Origin: Minisyncoccota bacterium
GTDB taxonomy: Bacteria > Patescibacteriota > Minisyncoccia > UBA6257 > 2-01-FULL-56-20
DNA length: 64,000 nt
Assembly (NCBI GenBank): GCA_035509435.1
Contig: DATJLR010000002.1
Span: forward strand, 330,338-394,337
Direction: 5' to 3'
Every line of letters begins with the position of its first letter. The first letter of the stretch is position 1. The translations under genes were made by a program, and so were the position numbers. Shown piece by piece: positions 8,426 to 18,024 of the stretch. Under the pieces are notes generated by a model that did not search any database, was not told the DNA's origin, and was given only the letters and a program-made list of their open reading frames with translations.

Positions 8426-8672
8426 CATTGTCTCCAAATTGCAATAGTCTATATGAAGTGGTGGTCGCCGTCCTTAAGGATTCAAAAAATGAAGCACTTA
8501 AAAAGGACTTTCGTGAAAAGATTTTTGCCACTACAGGCGATCTAATAGCATTCGATTTTCCGAAAAAACCCGAACCCGAGGTGGATCGAGAAAATTTAGC
8601 GGCCGACCTTAAATAAGCTTGACGATGAATTTAATATATGCTATATTATGTGCTGTAGCACCTTGACTTTGA

Positions 8673-9104
8673 ATGTGGGGGTTTATGACAAAGCGCGGGC
8701 AAGAAATGAAAAACTTCCTTGATGAAGCAGTGGGCTTCGTCGAAATGTTTGACCGAATCATGGCAGAAGGTTTCATCGACGATCTGAACGTGAATGTTAC
8801 GGGATTCGAAGGAAAGGGAATAACATCCATCGTTATCAGAGGAACGGGATATCTGCCTGCTGACCGGCGGGCGATCCCTCTCGGCATCACGCCGTTCATC
8901 AATCCCGCAACGATCGTCGAAGGCATTCGTAAACAACTTCTCCATAATCGGTTTAGGATCGACAGCAGGCGATGCGAAATCAAAACCGACGATTGGGCCA
9001 AATGGGACCGCAGTGGCGAGAATGTCATCGGCAGCAGAGGCCTTCGCATCATCTTTGATTTCATGGTCTTTCTGAAGCCGAAGCAGTGGGAAGATAAAAA
9101 ATAG
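8673..9104 (+). CDS. hypothetical protein (start uncertain)
   Basis: 143-aa ORF with plausible composition, followed by a terminator. Confidence 0.6.
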   Translation: MWGFMTKRGQEMKNFLDEAVGFVEMFDRIMAEGFIDDLNVNVTGFEGKGITSIVIRGTGYLPADRRAIPLGITPFINPATIVEGIRKQLLHNRFRIDSRRCEIKTDDWAKWDRSGENVIGSRGLRIIFDFMVFLKPKQWEDKK

Positions 9105-9123
9105 CACCTACGACGGCGACAGC

Positions 9124-9162
9124 AGCGGTAATTACCTTCTGGTAGTTGCCGCTTTTTCTTTT
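9124..9162 (+). terminator. intrinsic terminator
   Basis: AGCGGTAATTACC-TTCT-GGTAGTTGCCGCT followed by a T run. Confidence 0.7.
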
Positions 9163-9205
9163 AATGCAGTTAAAACATCGTCCGACACTGCCAGCCTTAT
9201 ATCCC

Positions 9206-9682
9206 CTATCCCCTCCTCGCCGCATCGATCGCGGCCACGTCGATCTTTTTCATCTTCATCATCGCGGCGAAGGCGCGCTTTGTTTCATCGCCGCCTGCGG
9301 ACAGCGCTTCGGTGAGCGTGCGCGGCGTGATCTGCCAGGAAACTCCCCAGCGGTCCTTGCACCATCCGCACTGGCTCTCTGTGCCGCCGTTCCCGACGAT
9401 CGCGTTCCAGTAGCGGTCCGTTTCTTCTTGGTCTTCCGTCGCGATCGCGAATGAAAACGCCTCGCTCTGCTTGAAGGTGGGGCCGCCATCCAGTCCGAGG
9501 CATGGGATCCCGCAGACCGTGAACTGCACCGTCAGCACATCGCCTGCTTTGCCATCGGGATAATCGCCCGGCGCGCGGACGATCGCGCCCACCTTGCTGT
9601 CCGGAAACGTGGCGGCATAAAACGTTGCCGCGCTCTCCGCGTCCTTATCAAACCAGAGACAGATGGTATTTTTGGCCTGCAT
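9206..9682 (-). CDS. VOC-family protein (3-demethylubiquinone-9 3-methyltransferase-like / PhnB-like)
   Basis: CLWFDKDAE, QEETDRYWNAI and CGWCKDRWGVSWQI motifs. Confidence 0.9.
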   Translation of the reverse strand: MQAKNTICLWFDKDAESAATFYAATFPDSKVGAIVRAPGDYPDGKAGDVLTVQFTVCGIPCLGLDGGPTFKQSEAFSFAIATEDQEETDRYWNAIVGNGGTESQCGWCKDRWGVSWQITPRTLTEALSAGGDETKRAFAAMMKMKKIDVAAIDAARRG

Positions 9683-9738
9683 GCTCTTATATACGATCAT
9701 TTTACCGCATCCGTTAATCTTGGTATAGTGAGCATATT

Positions 9739-10038
9739 ATGACCAAGAGTCCCTATCTTAATGCGCTCATAGCCGTGCTCTATATCGTCCTCATTGTTCT
9801 CCTCATCAACTACGGCCCGATCCTTGTGCGGCAAAAGCCCGACACTATTCTCGCGCCGATAGCGATGCTGAGCCTCCTTGTGCTTTCCGCCGGCTTCATG
9901 GCCTATGACTTTTTCTTTCAGCCCGTTCAAATGTACATAGAAGGGAAAAAGCGCGAAGCGGCGCAGTTTTTCATGAAGACGCTCGGTGTCTTTGCGGTCA
10001 TTACGGCTGTGATAGTCGCGATCGCCTTCATTGTTTAA
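9739..10038 (+). CDS. hypothetical 3-TM membrane protein
   Basis: hydrophobic 99-aa ORF. Confidence 0.7.
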   Translation: MTKSPYLNALIAVLYIVLIVLLINYGPILVRQKPDTILAPIAMLSLLVLSAGFMAYDFFFQPVQMYIEGKKREAAQFFMKTLGVFAVITAVIVAIAFIV

Positions 10039-10107
10039 CGACAGGGTGATGCAGGTCCCGTCCGGGCCTGTTACTATTTGGCGCGGGAGTGCGTTATTAT
10101 AAGAGAT

Positions 10108-10653
10108 ATGAAAAAATCAACTATGTGGGTCATTGTCCTCGCAGTGGTCATCGTGCTCGGCGGATTTTTATATTGGCAGAGCATAAATCCTTCGTCTCCC
10201 TCCCCTTCCTCGACTACGTCAACTTCTACATCGGCATCAAGTTCGCCGGTAACCTACACCAACAGCACCTATGGCTTTACTTTTTCACTTCCCGCCGACT
10301 GGCAGGGATATGCGATCGTAACATCAACGTGGAGCGGAACCGGCGACGAGGCATGTCCGGCAAGCGGGTGTCCGAAAGTGACCGGCCCCGAGATCCTTAT
10401 TCGTAACCCGCAGTGGACGGCGGCGAACCCCTACCAAGATATTCCCATTATGGTCTTTACGCACAGCGAGTGGGATGCGGTCGCGACGACTTCGCCGACG
10501 CTCATCGTGAGCGCGGCACCGATCCCGCCATCCGAACTCGGCGAGAACGCAAACTATGTCTTTGCATTGCCGCCCCGCTACGATTATGCATATCCAAGCG
10601 GCTGGCAGGAGGTGGAATCGATCATCGCAAACAACCCGCTCCACGCGTTTTGA
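10108..10653 (+). CDS. membrane-anchored secreted protein
   Basis: N-terminal TM, Ser/Thr linker, YTNSTYGFTFSLPADW motif. Confidence 0.8.
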   Translation: MKKSTMWVIVLAVVIVLGGFLYWQSINPSSPSPSSTTSTSTSASSSPVTYTNSTYGFTFSLPADWQGYAIVTSTWSGTGDEACPASGCPKVTGPEILIRNPQWTAANPYQDIPIMVFTHSEWDAVATTSPTLIVSAAPIPPSELGENANYVFALPPRYDYAYPSGWQEVESIIANNPLHAF

Positions 10654-10673
10654 TCGCCGTGATCGGGCGACGG

Positions 10674-11897
10674 CTATTGCCGGAGCAATTCCTTGATGCC
10701 CACGCGGCGTCCGTACTCCATCGATCCGTAGCGGAACGCGCGCACGGCGAACCAGACCGCAAGCACGGCGCTTGCGACGATGACGGCAAGCGCCCCGAAC
10801 GATTCGCCGAGCGAAAGGCTGCCAAGGGTGTTGCGCAGGAGCGCGGTCGTGGGAGCGGTCAGCGGGAAGTACGTGAAGACCGTGACTGCAAGCGCGTGCG
10901 GTGAGCTGATGATGGTGCTGATGGCGTAGATCGGAATATAGTTCCAGATGATGGAAAGCCCGATGAACCGTCCGGCTTCGTTCGTGCTCGGGAAGAGCGC
11001 GCCGAGCCCGACCAGTATTCCGGTGAACATGAGGAATCCCGCAACGAAGAACAGTATGGCAAAGGTGACCGCCACCGGATCGATCGGAATATTGCTCAAT
11101 GATATATTGTTCAAAAACTGGAGCTGCCCGGGGAGCAATGCGTGCGCAACAAGAAGGACCGCCCCGATGACGATGATCTGTACGATGCCTAAAATGAATA
11201 TTGAAACGATCTTGCCGGTGATGAGCAGCCTCGTTTTGATTGAGGTAAGCAATATCTCGGCCGTGCGATTCGCCTTTTCTTCGGCGGTGCTCGAGATCAT
11301 GATATATGCGAGGAGGATGACGAGCACAAGAAAGAGGCCTGCAAATATTCCCGGCGCGATCATGCTTTCTATGTCCTGCGTCTCGACGCCGTTCTTATAA
11401 GTGATCGCCGTGACGGCTGGCGTCTTTTGTAAAACGTCCACGACCTCGGGGTTTCCCGTTGAGGAACTTACGTCAGCGATCGCACTCTGGGTCAGGATCG
11501 CCGTAGCAACGTCGTTATACGGCTGTATGAGGGCATTGCCCTGATCCTGGGCGTAGATCTCGATGCCGCTTGAGGCGACGTCCGCGGGATAGTAAAAGAA
11601 GGCATCCAGCGAGCCGCCCTTTACGGAATCGATGCCGGCGTTCTCGTTCGGTTCTGTCGCAATATGCTGTGCGCTCAACAATTGCTTGCTGATCAATCCG
11701 GAATCATCGAGGACGGCGATCTTCGCGGTTTGCGAGAACGACCGCGCCTGTTGCGCGGCGGTGTTCGCGGCGCTCTTGCTTGAAAGGTTTTCAACGCCGA
11801 TGACGGCAAGGATGAGGAGCGGCGGCGCGATCGCGGCGAACCAGAAGCTTCTCTTCTTGAGCGCGCGAAATACTTCAAAATGGACGATGTTCCACAT
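10674..11897 (-). CDS. ABC-2 type permease (NatB-like)
   Basis: EEKANRTAEILL and GK motifs; six TM segments plus an extracellular domain. Confidence 0.9.
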   Translation of the reverse strand: MWNIVHFEVFRALKKRSFWFAAIAPPLLILAVIGVENLSSKSAANTAAQQARSFSQTAKIAVLDDSGLISKQLLSAQHIATEPNENAGIDSVKGGSLDAFFYYPADVASSGIEIYAQDQGNALIQPYNDVATAILTQSAIADVSSSTGNPEVVDVLQKTPAVTAITYKNGVETQDIESMIAPGIFAGLFLVLVILLAYIMISSTAEEKANRTAEILLTSIKTRLLITGKIVSIFILGIVQIIVIGAVLLVAHALLPGQLQFLNNISLSNIPIDPVAVTFAILFFVAGFLMFTGILVGLGALFPSTNEAGRFIGLSIIWNYIPIYAISTIISSPHALAVTVFTYFPLTAPTTALLRNTLGSLSLGESFGALAVIVASAVLAVWFAVRAFRYGSMEYGRRVGIKELLRQ

Positions 11898-11898
11898 G

Positions 11899-12807
11899 TT
11901 ATTGCTGGTAGAGTTTTAAAAATATCTCATTGAGGGTCGGGCGCCGGACATCAAATGTCGTCACGTGCAGGTCTTTGTTCGCCGCAAAGAACCGGAACAC
12001 GTCATCCACCGAGACGCCATCCTTCCACGAAAGCTCCGCGTAGTGCGGCAGCTGTTTTGTGATCGTATATAGTTTTTCGTTGGCCGGCAGGGTTCCATTG
12101 AATGCGACGGCGATGACCGTTGTACCGAATTGGTCCTTCACCTCATCAATAGTCCCGTATAATGCGCGTGTCCCGTCCTTGAGCAATACAATGCGGTCGC
12201 AGAGCTGCTCCACCTCCTCCATGCGGTGCGTGACGAGAACGACCGTCGCGCCTTTTTCGCGCCGCTCGTTGATGATGCTCATAAGAAGCGACCGGTTGAC
12301 GGGGTCGAGCGCTTCGGTCGGCTCGTCGAGGATCATGAGCGACGGGTCGTGCAATATGGTGACGCCGAGCTGGACCTTCTGCTGTTGGCCGTTCGAGAGG
12401 TTCGCAAGCTGTTCCTGTGCCTTGTCACCGATCCCGACGCGCTCAAGATATGCGAGTGCGCGCTGCTTCGCTTCGCTCCTGCCCAGTCCGTGCATTACGG
12501 CAAAATAGACCATGATATCGAGCACCGGTTCGTTACGATACAGACCGCGCTGCTCGGGCAGATAACCGAGCGTTGCGGCCATGTCGGAGCTGTACCGTTT
12601 GCCGTTTATAAAAAGCGTGCCGCTCGTCGGGTCCATCAGCGAAAGCAGCGTGCGGATGGTGGTCGTCTTCCCCGCGCCATTTGCGCCAAGAAGGCCGAAC
12701 ACTTCGCCCTGGCGCACCTCGAACGAGAGATCTTTGATGACCTCCTTCTCGTCGAAGCGCATTGCGAACGACCGGATATCGATGACAGGAGATGATTGTT
12801 GATCCAT
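11899..12807 (-). CDS. ABC transporter ATP-binding protein
   Basis: Walker A GANGAGKT, signature LSNGQ, Walker B ILDEP. Confidence 0.93.
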   Translation of the reverse strand: MDQQSSPVIDIRSFAMRFDEKEVIKDLSFEVRQGEVFGLLGANGAGKTTTIRTLLSLMDPTSGTLFINGKRYSSDMAATLGYLPEQRGLYRNEPVLDIMVYFAVMHGLGRSEAKQRALAYLERVGIGDKAQEQLANLSNGQQQKVQLGVTILHDPSLMILDEPTEALDPVNRSLLMSIINERREKGATVVLVTHRMEEVEQLCDRIVLLKDGTRALYGTIDEVKDQFGTTVIAVAFNGTLPANEKLYTITKQLPHYAELSWKDGVSVDDVFRFFAANKDLHVTTFDVRRPTLNEIFLKLYQQ

Positions 12808-12869
12808 GAGGAGAATTATACATCAATGTGATACGTTTTGCGGGAAACTGTGTTATTCTGATGCTATCA

Positions 12870-14021
12870 ATGCGCACAGTGTTCGGCCTATGGGCAGTAT
12901 TTTTGATCATCGTTGCGATCGCGATCGCGGGCATTTTTTTGTACGGCGCCGGACGGGTGGACACGCTGCTGGGCGATTATAAGATCGTGGCGCAGACCGC
13001 GACCTCCACAAAAGTGGTCGATGCGACGACCACGTCGCTTGCCGCGCTCACGCCGGTGAATGCCGCCGCGTACGACGCAAAATTGCTCGCCATCGCGAAC
13101 GTGCCGCCGCGCACGATCACGGTCGTCGTGACGTCAACGATCCCGGGTACGACGACCATCGCGCGCACGACCGTCACAAAGACCGTTTCCTCCACGAGCC
13201 CATGGCCGGTCAAGGGCGCTCCCCTGCCGGATGCCGGCGCGTTGCTCCCCTTCAACCGCATAGTCGCGTATTACGGCAACTTCTATTCCACCGCGATGGG
13301 CGTCCTCGGCGAATATCCGCCTGACCAGATGATGGCGATGCTCGCATCGACGACGGCCGAATGGGCGGCGGCCGATCCGTCGACTCCCGTGATCCCGGCG
13401 CTCGACTACATTGTGGTGACCGCGCAGGGTTCGCCGGGCGTCGATGGAAAATATCGGTTGCGGATGCCGGACAGCCAGGTGGAAAAAGCGATCTCGCTCG
13501 CGCAGCAGATGAACGGGCTTGTATTCCTCGACTTTCAGGTGGGATGGAGCAACGTAGAGACGGAAGTGCCGCTCTACGCGCAGTATCTCAAGCTTCCCAA
13601 CGTGGAACTGTCGCTTGACCCGGAATTCGATATGGAGCCGGGCGCCAAGCCGGACACGGAGATCGGAACGATGTCGGCCACCGACATCGATTGGGCGGCA
13701 AACTATCTTGCTACTATCGTGAAGGAAAATAATTTGCCGCCGAAGATTTTGGTGGTGCACCGCTTCACGCTTGATATGGTCACCAACTATCAGGACATCA
13801 CGCCGCTTCCCCAAGTGCAGGTGGTGATCGACATGGACGGATGGGGTTCGCAGGCAAAGAAGATCAATACGTACGAGACAGTGGAAGAAGCGGAGCCGGT
13901 GCAATTCACGGGGTTCAAGCTCTTTTATAAGAATGACCTGTTGCCGCCGAGCACCGGCATGATGACGCCGCAGCAAGTGCTTCAGCTTACCCCCCGGCCC
14001 AGTTATATCCAATATCAATAG
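12870..14021 (+). CDS. conserved membrane-anchored hypothetical protein
   Basis: N-terminal TM; RIVAYYG, LDPEF, KILVVHRF, DMDGWG and GFKLFYKND blocks; start uncertain (12828-12870). Confidence 0.8.
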   Translation: MRTVFGLWAVFLIIVAIAIAGIFLYGAGRVDTLLGDYKIVAQTATSTKVVDATTTSLAALTPVNAAAYDAKLLAIANVPPRTITVVVTSTIPGTTTIARTTVTKTVSSTSPWPVKGAPLPDAGALLPFNRIVAYYGNFYSTAMGVLGEYPPDQMMAMLASTTAEWAAADPSTPVIPALDYIVVTAQGSPGVDGKYRLRMPDSQVEKAISLAQQMNGLVFLDFQVGWSNVETEVPLYAQYLKLPNVELSLDPEFDMEPGAKPDTEIGTMSATDIDWAANYLATIVKENNLPPKILVVHRFTLDMVTNYQDITPLPQVQVVIDMDGWGSQAKKINTYETVEEAEPVQFTGFKLFYKNDLLPPSTGMMTPQQVLQLTPRPSYIQYQ

Positions 14022-14036
14022 CGGTAATAGTCACCT

Positions 14037-15143
14037 ATGGAAGAAAAGCGATCGCGCTTCGCCCGGGTGCGGGGCTGGTATCAAAAATTCGAACGGCCGA
14101 TCTCGTCCCTTTCTCTCATTGGCGGATTCGTGTTCGACGCGCTCACGCTCACGCGCGTGGACATTTTTTGGGACAATTTCTGGGTAGGCGCGCACCTGCT
14201 CATCGTTGCGGTGAGCATCGTCCTGGCAAACGCCACGGAGGGCGGTGAGGTGGATGTGGAGGATCCCGGCAAGCTGCATTTCTGGCTTGTGAACGTGATG
14301 CAATTCTTCTTTGGCGGCCTTCTCAGTACGTACCTCGTTTTTTATTTCCGCAGCGGTACGATCGGCGTCAGCTGGCCATTCTTTGCCATCCTTGCGATCG
14401 CGTTCATCGCGAACGAGCGGCTGAAGCATCATTACGCGCGGCTCGCGTTCCAGATCAGCATCCTTTATCTATCGGTCTACCTTTTTTGCATCTATATCAT
14501 TCCCGTGATCGTTCACGCGATCGGAGCATGGGTATTTATTTTGAGCGGTGTTGCGAGCTTGGTCGTCATCGGCCTCTTTCTGCTCCTTCTCCGCGCAACG
14601 TCAAAAGAGCGGTTCGTGAACAAGGGCGGACGGCGGGTCATCCTTTTTGTCGTCGGGATCTTTGCGATGATGAACATCTTTTATTTCACGAATATATTGC
14701 CGCCGATCCCGCTTTCCGTTAAAGATGCCGGACTTTACGAAACGTTCACGGTCAATGCTCCGGGCAATTACACCGCCCAATACGAAGACCAGGGCTGGCT
14801 GGGATTTTTGGATCCGTCCGATACGATCCGACTTACGCCCGGCGCGGCCCTCTTTGCGTATAGCGCCGTTTTCTCCCCTACTTCGTTCAATGTGAATATC
14901 GTCCACGAATGGCAATATTATAACGCGAGCAGCAGCCAGTGGATCACGCGCGGCAAGATCACATTGCCGGTCACGGGCGGAGCGGATAGCGGCTATCGCA
15001 CCTTTTCGGAGGAAGAGGGGCTTGGCGCCGGCGCCTGGCGCGTGGACATCGAAACGACGCAGGGTCAGGTGATCGGCCGGATCGGGTTCAACGTCATCAT
15101 TGTGAGTTCAACGCCGACGCTTTCCACGCGCGAGATCGATTAA
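14037..15143 (+). CDS. DUF2914-family membrane protein
   Basis: GGFVFDALTL, multi-TM N-terminus, PPIPLS, IVHEW, GYRTFS and GAWRVDIET motifs. Confidence 0.8.
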   Translation: MEEKRSRFARVRGWYQKFERPISSLSLIGGFVFDALTLTRVDIFWDNFWVGAHLLIVAVSIVLANATEGGEVDVEDPGKLHFWLVNVMQFFFGGLLSTYLVFYFRSGTIGVSWPFFAILAIAFIANERLKHHYARLAFQISILYLSVYLFCIYIIPVIVHAIGAWVFILSGVASLVVIGLFLLLLRATSKERFVNKGGRRVILFVVGIFAMMNIFYFTNILPPIPLSVKDAGLYETFTVNAPGNYTAQYEDQGWLGFLDPSDTIRLTPGAALFAYSAVFSPTSFNVNIVHEWQYYNASSSQWITRGKITLPVTGGADSGYRTFSEEEGLGAGAWRVDIETTQGQVIGRIGFNVIIVSSTPTLSTREID

Positions 15144-15160
15144 AGTTAAATAAAAATAAA

Positions 15161-15667
15161 ATGAACATCCCGCGACGCAGATGGAGCCAGCGGCCGCCGC
15201 CGAACAACGACCCAGTCTATCTGACGCCCGAAGGCGTGGAGCGATTGCGCGCGCGCCTTGAACGATTGAAAGCATCACTGCCCGCAGCCATCGACGAGGC
15301 CGCGCGCACAGGTGCCTTCGGCGATCGATCTGATAATGCAGAATATAAGGAGGCAAAAAGCATCCTTCGGCGGACAAAAGGGCAGATCCTAAACCTCGAA
15401 GATCAGTTGAAGCGCGTCGTGGAGATCCCCTCCGGCGCGGATATGACCGGCGCGGTCCGTCTCGGCACAACGGTCAGATTGCGCGCAACGAACGGCGCGG
15501 TTACAACGTACCGTATCGTCGGGCCATCCGAAACCGACCCCGGACACGGGCGCATTTCTCACATCTCCCCGCTCGGCGCGGCGCTGGTGGGACATCGCGT
15601 CGGAGACCCGATCGTTGTCAAAAGCCCGAAAGGAACACAGGAATATTCGATAATTGACGTCGCGTAA
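15161..15667 (+). CDS. greA: GreA/GreB-family transcription elongation factor
   Basis: YLTPEG, GDRSDNAEYKEAK and ISHISPLGAAL motifs. Confidence 0.9.
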   Translation: MNIPRRRWSQRPPPNNDPVYLTPEGVERLRARLERLKASLPAAIDEAARTGAFGDRSDNAEYKEAKSILRRTKGQILNLEDQLKRVVEIPSGADMTGAVRLGTTVRLRATNGAVTTYRIVGPSETDPGHGRISHISPLGAALVGHRVGDPIVVKSPKGTQEYSIIDVA

Positions 15668-15679
15668 GGGTAAAGAAAT

Positions 15680-15720
15680 AAAAAAACCGGCACGATCCAA
15701 TGTGAACATTGATCGTGCCG
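15680..15720 (-). terminator. intrinsic terminator
   Basis: CGGCACGATC...GATCGTGCCG stem with an A run on the plus strand. Confidence 0.7.
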
Positions 15721-15737
15721 ACGTAACTCCACTCCTT

Positions 15738-16076
15738 TTACTTTCGCTGGCGGGCGCGGATGAGTTTCCGTTCGATACGCGCGCGCGTGACCACCTCCCT
15801 ATGCTGGATCTTTTGCACAATGTGCTCAATGGCCGCATACAGCCGTGCGTCCATTTCTTCCTCGCTCTGAATGCCATGATCGCGCCGCTGAACATGCTTG
15901 CGGCACGGCCGACATTCAAGGAGGTGCCGGAGAATGTCCGGATCGAGCCCGTTTTCCGCAAAGCGAACGATCTCGTCGAGGGTGGGTTTATCTTTCCGGT
16001 TGACGTAGATGATCGTACAGTCCTTTGTCGGAAACGTTCTCTTCGGGCGATATATCACCACAAGCGGCGCCGCCAT
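15738..16076 (-). CDS. hypothetical protein with HxxxCxxC motif
   Basis: SD TAGGAGA before ATG, own promoter and terminator; HLLECRPC. Confidence 0.6.
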   Translation of the reverse strand: MAAPLVVIYRPKRTFPTKDCTIIYVNRKDKPTLDEIVRFAENGLDPDILRHLLECRPCRKHVQRRDHGIQSEEEMDARLYAAIEHIVQKIQHREVVTRARIERKLIRARQRK

Positions 16077-16185
16077 AATTCGATCTCCTAAGCGTAGTGT
16101 GAACCACCTATTACCGTACCCCTCCGCTATTTCTCTGTCAATACAATTTGGAAATATCGCACGCGTGCGGTACAATCAAGCGGCT

Positions 16186-17277
16186 ATGGAACGATCATAT
16201 ATAAAACTTAAAAAACTGGAAGAAAAGAACGGTGATATTGAGTTCCGGGCGGAGGTGCCGGTTGAACTGCTGGAGGAATACACCATGGCGGCGCTCGCTG
16301 AGCTTGCGGAAAATTTCAGCCTGCCTGGCTTCCGTAAGGGGAAGGTGCCACAGGAGAAGGTTCGGGAACATGTAAGCGAGATGGAGCTTTTGGAGGATGC
16401 GGCAAATGAGGCGCTTCGCGATGCCATGATGGAGATCGCCGAGGACGAGAAGCTGGACGTCATCGGGCGTCCGCAAGTGACGGTCACGAAGCTTGCGCCA
16501 AAGAACCCGTTGGAGTTCCGCGTGCGTTACGCGCTCTTTCCGGACGTGTCGCTTCCCGATTATAAGAAGATCGGCAAGGAGATCTTCGAGCGCAAGGATC
16601 CGACGGACGTGACCGAGAAGGAAGTTGACGAGGCGCTCGGGCGCATCCAAAAGATGATCGCATCGACGGCGAACGTCGGGCTCGCGCCGGACGCGGCAAA
16701 GGATATCCCCGCTCCCCCGCTTATCGACGAGACCGTCAAGCAATTTGGCAATTTTGCGACCATCGCCGATTTTCGCGCCGAACTCAAACGCCAATTGGAG
16801 CAGGAAAAGGTCTTGCACATGAAGGATGGCCGCCGCGAGGAGATCATCAAAGAGATCGTCAGCCGCTCCAAATTGAAAGTACCGCAGCTTCTGGTGGAAC
16901 AGGAGCTTTCCGAATTCTTGGCGGATCGCGATGAACAGCTCAAGGGCGCAAAGCTTTCGCTCGAGGAATATCTGAAACAGATCGGCAAGACCGCCGAGCA
17001 ATTGGAAAGGGATGAGCGAAAGCTCATTGAGGATGATCTGCGCATGAGCATGGTCGTGCAGGCCATCCGCAAAAAGGAGGATATCAATGCCGATGACCGG
17101 GATGTCCATATCCTGATCGCCCAGCTGAAGCTCCGTTATCCGGAACGCACAGAATCGGAGCTGCACCGGACGGCAGAGGCAATGATCGTCCAGAACAAGC
17201 TGTTCGCATTGTTTGAAGGCGCCGAGGCGAAAGAGTTGAAAGACGGAGGCGTGACAGATGTACTAAAGAGCGAATGA
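16186..17277 (+). CDS. tig: trigger factor lacking the FKBP domain
   Basis: PGFRKGKVP ribosome-binding signature; C-terminal SurA-like region. Confidence 0.92.
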   Translation: MERSYIKLKKLEEKNGDIEFRAEVPVELLEEYTMAALAELAENFSLPGFRKGKVPQEKVREHVSEMELLEDAANEALRDAMMEIAEDEKLDVIGRPQVTVTKLAPKNPLEFRVRYALFPDVSLPDYKKIGKEIFERKDPTDVTEKEVDEALGRIQKMIASTANVGLAPDAAKDIPAPPLIDETVKQFGNFATIADFRAELKRQLEQEKVLHMKDGRREEIIKEIVSRSKLKVPQLLVEQELSEFLADRDEQLKGAKLSLEEYLKQIGKTAEQLERDERKLIEDDLRMSMVVQAIRKKEDINADDRDVHILIAQLKLRYPERTESELHRTAEAMIVQNKLFALFEGAEAKELKDGGVTDVLKSE

Positions 17278-17300
17278 TGTTAATTAAATTAATATAAAAA

Positions 17301-18014
17301 ATGGAAATAAAGGGAAAGGTAATTATCGTAACGGGGGCCTCGGAAGGTATCGGTGAGGCGCTCGCAAAGAAGCTTGCCCGCGCAGGTGCGAAGGTGGTGC
17401 TCGCCGCGCGCAACGACGAAAAACTGGCAACGCTCGCCCATGAGCTTCCCGGCTCGGTTGCGGTGCATACCGATATGACCCAGCAGGCGGACATCCAGAA
17501 CCTGATCGACCGCACGATGGAGATCGACGGCCGCATCGACATCCTCGTGAACAACGCCGGCCAGGGAATGTACAGCCCGCTTGAACACACCGATATCGAC
17601 AAGTACAAGCACATCATGAACCTCAACGTCTACGGACCGCTCTATGCGATGCAGCTTGTGATCCCTAAAATGCGCGAACAGGGCGGAGGCATGATCCTCA
17701 ATATCAGCTCCCGCGTTTCCAAGAATTATTTCCCGAATCTGTCGGCGTACGCCTCAACAAAGTATGCGTTGAACGCGCTTTCGCTCACCGCGCGCGCGGA
17801 ACTCGAGAAAGACCATATCGTGGTAAGCGTGTTCCATCCAAAGATGACGTCAACAAATTTCAGCAAGAATGCGGCAGGGGCTCAGCATCCTGATTATGAA
17901 ACCCTCCGCCGATCGCGTCCGGCGAGCACGAACCTCGCAGTTGACACTGCAGAGCAGGTCGCGGAAAAGATCGTGGAGCAGATCGGATCGGAGGAACCGG
18001 AAGCGTCAATGTAG
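17301..18014 (+). CDS. short-chain dehydrogenase/reductase
   Basis: TGASEGIG, NNAG and YASTK motifs. Confidence 0.93.
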   Translation: MEIKGKVIIVTGASEGIGEALAKKLARAGAKVVLAARNDEKLATLAHELPGSVAVHTDMTQQADIQNLIDRTMEIDGRIDILVNNAGQGMYSPLEHTDIDKYKHIMNLNVYGPLYAMQLVIPKMREQGGGMILNISSRVSKNYFPNLSAYASTKYALNALSLTARAELEKDHIVVSVFHPKMTSTNFSKNAAGAQHPDYETLRRSRPASTNLAVDTAEQVAEKIVEQIGSEEPEASM

Positions 18015-18024
18015 GCGCGAGGAA

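Noticed and set aside
8426-8616. Open frame after tRNA-Gln(CTG) ending ...ENLAADLK
   Set aside because: No good start outside the tRNA; possibly a gene remnant, but it cannot be supported.
1094-17277. Short tsf, short dnaX and FKBP-less tig as pseudogenes or novelties
   Set aside because: Their key motifs are intact, and such reduced forms are expected in Patescibacteria.
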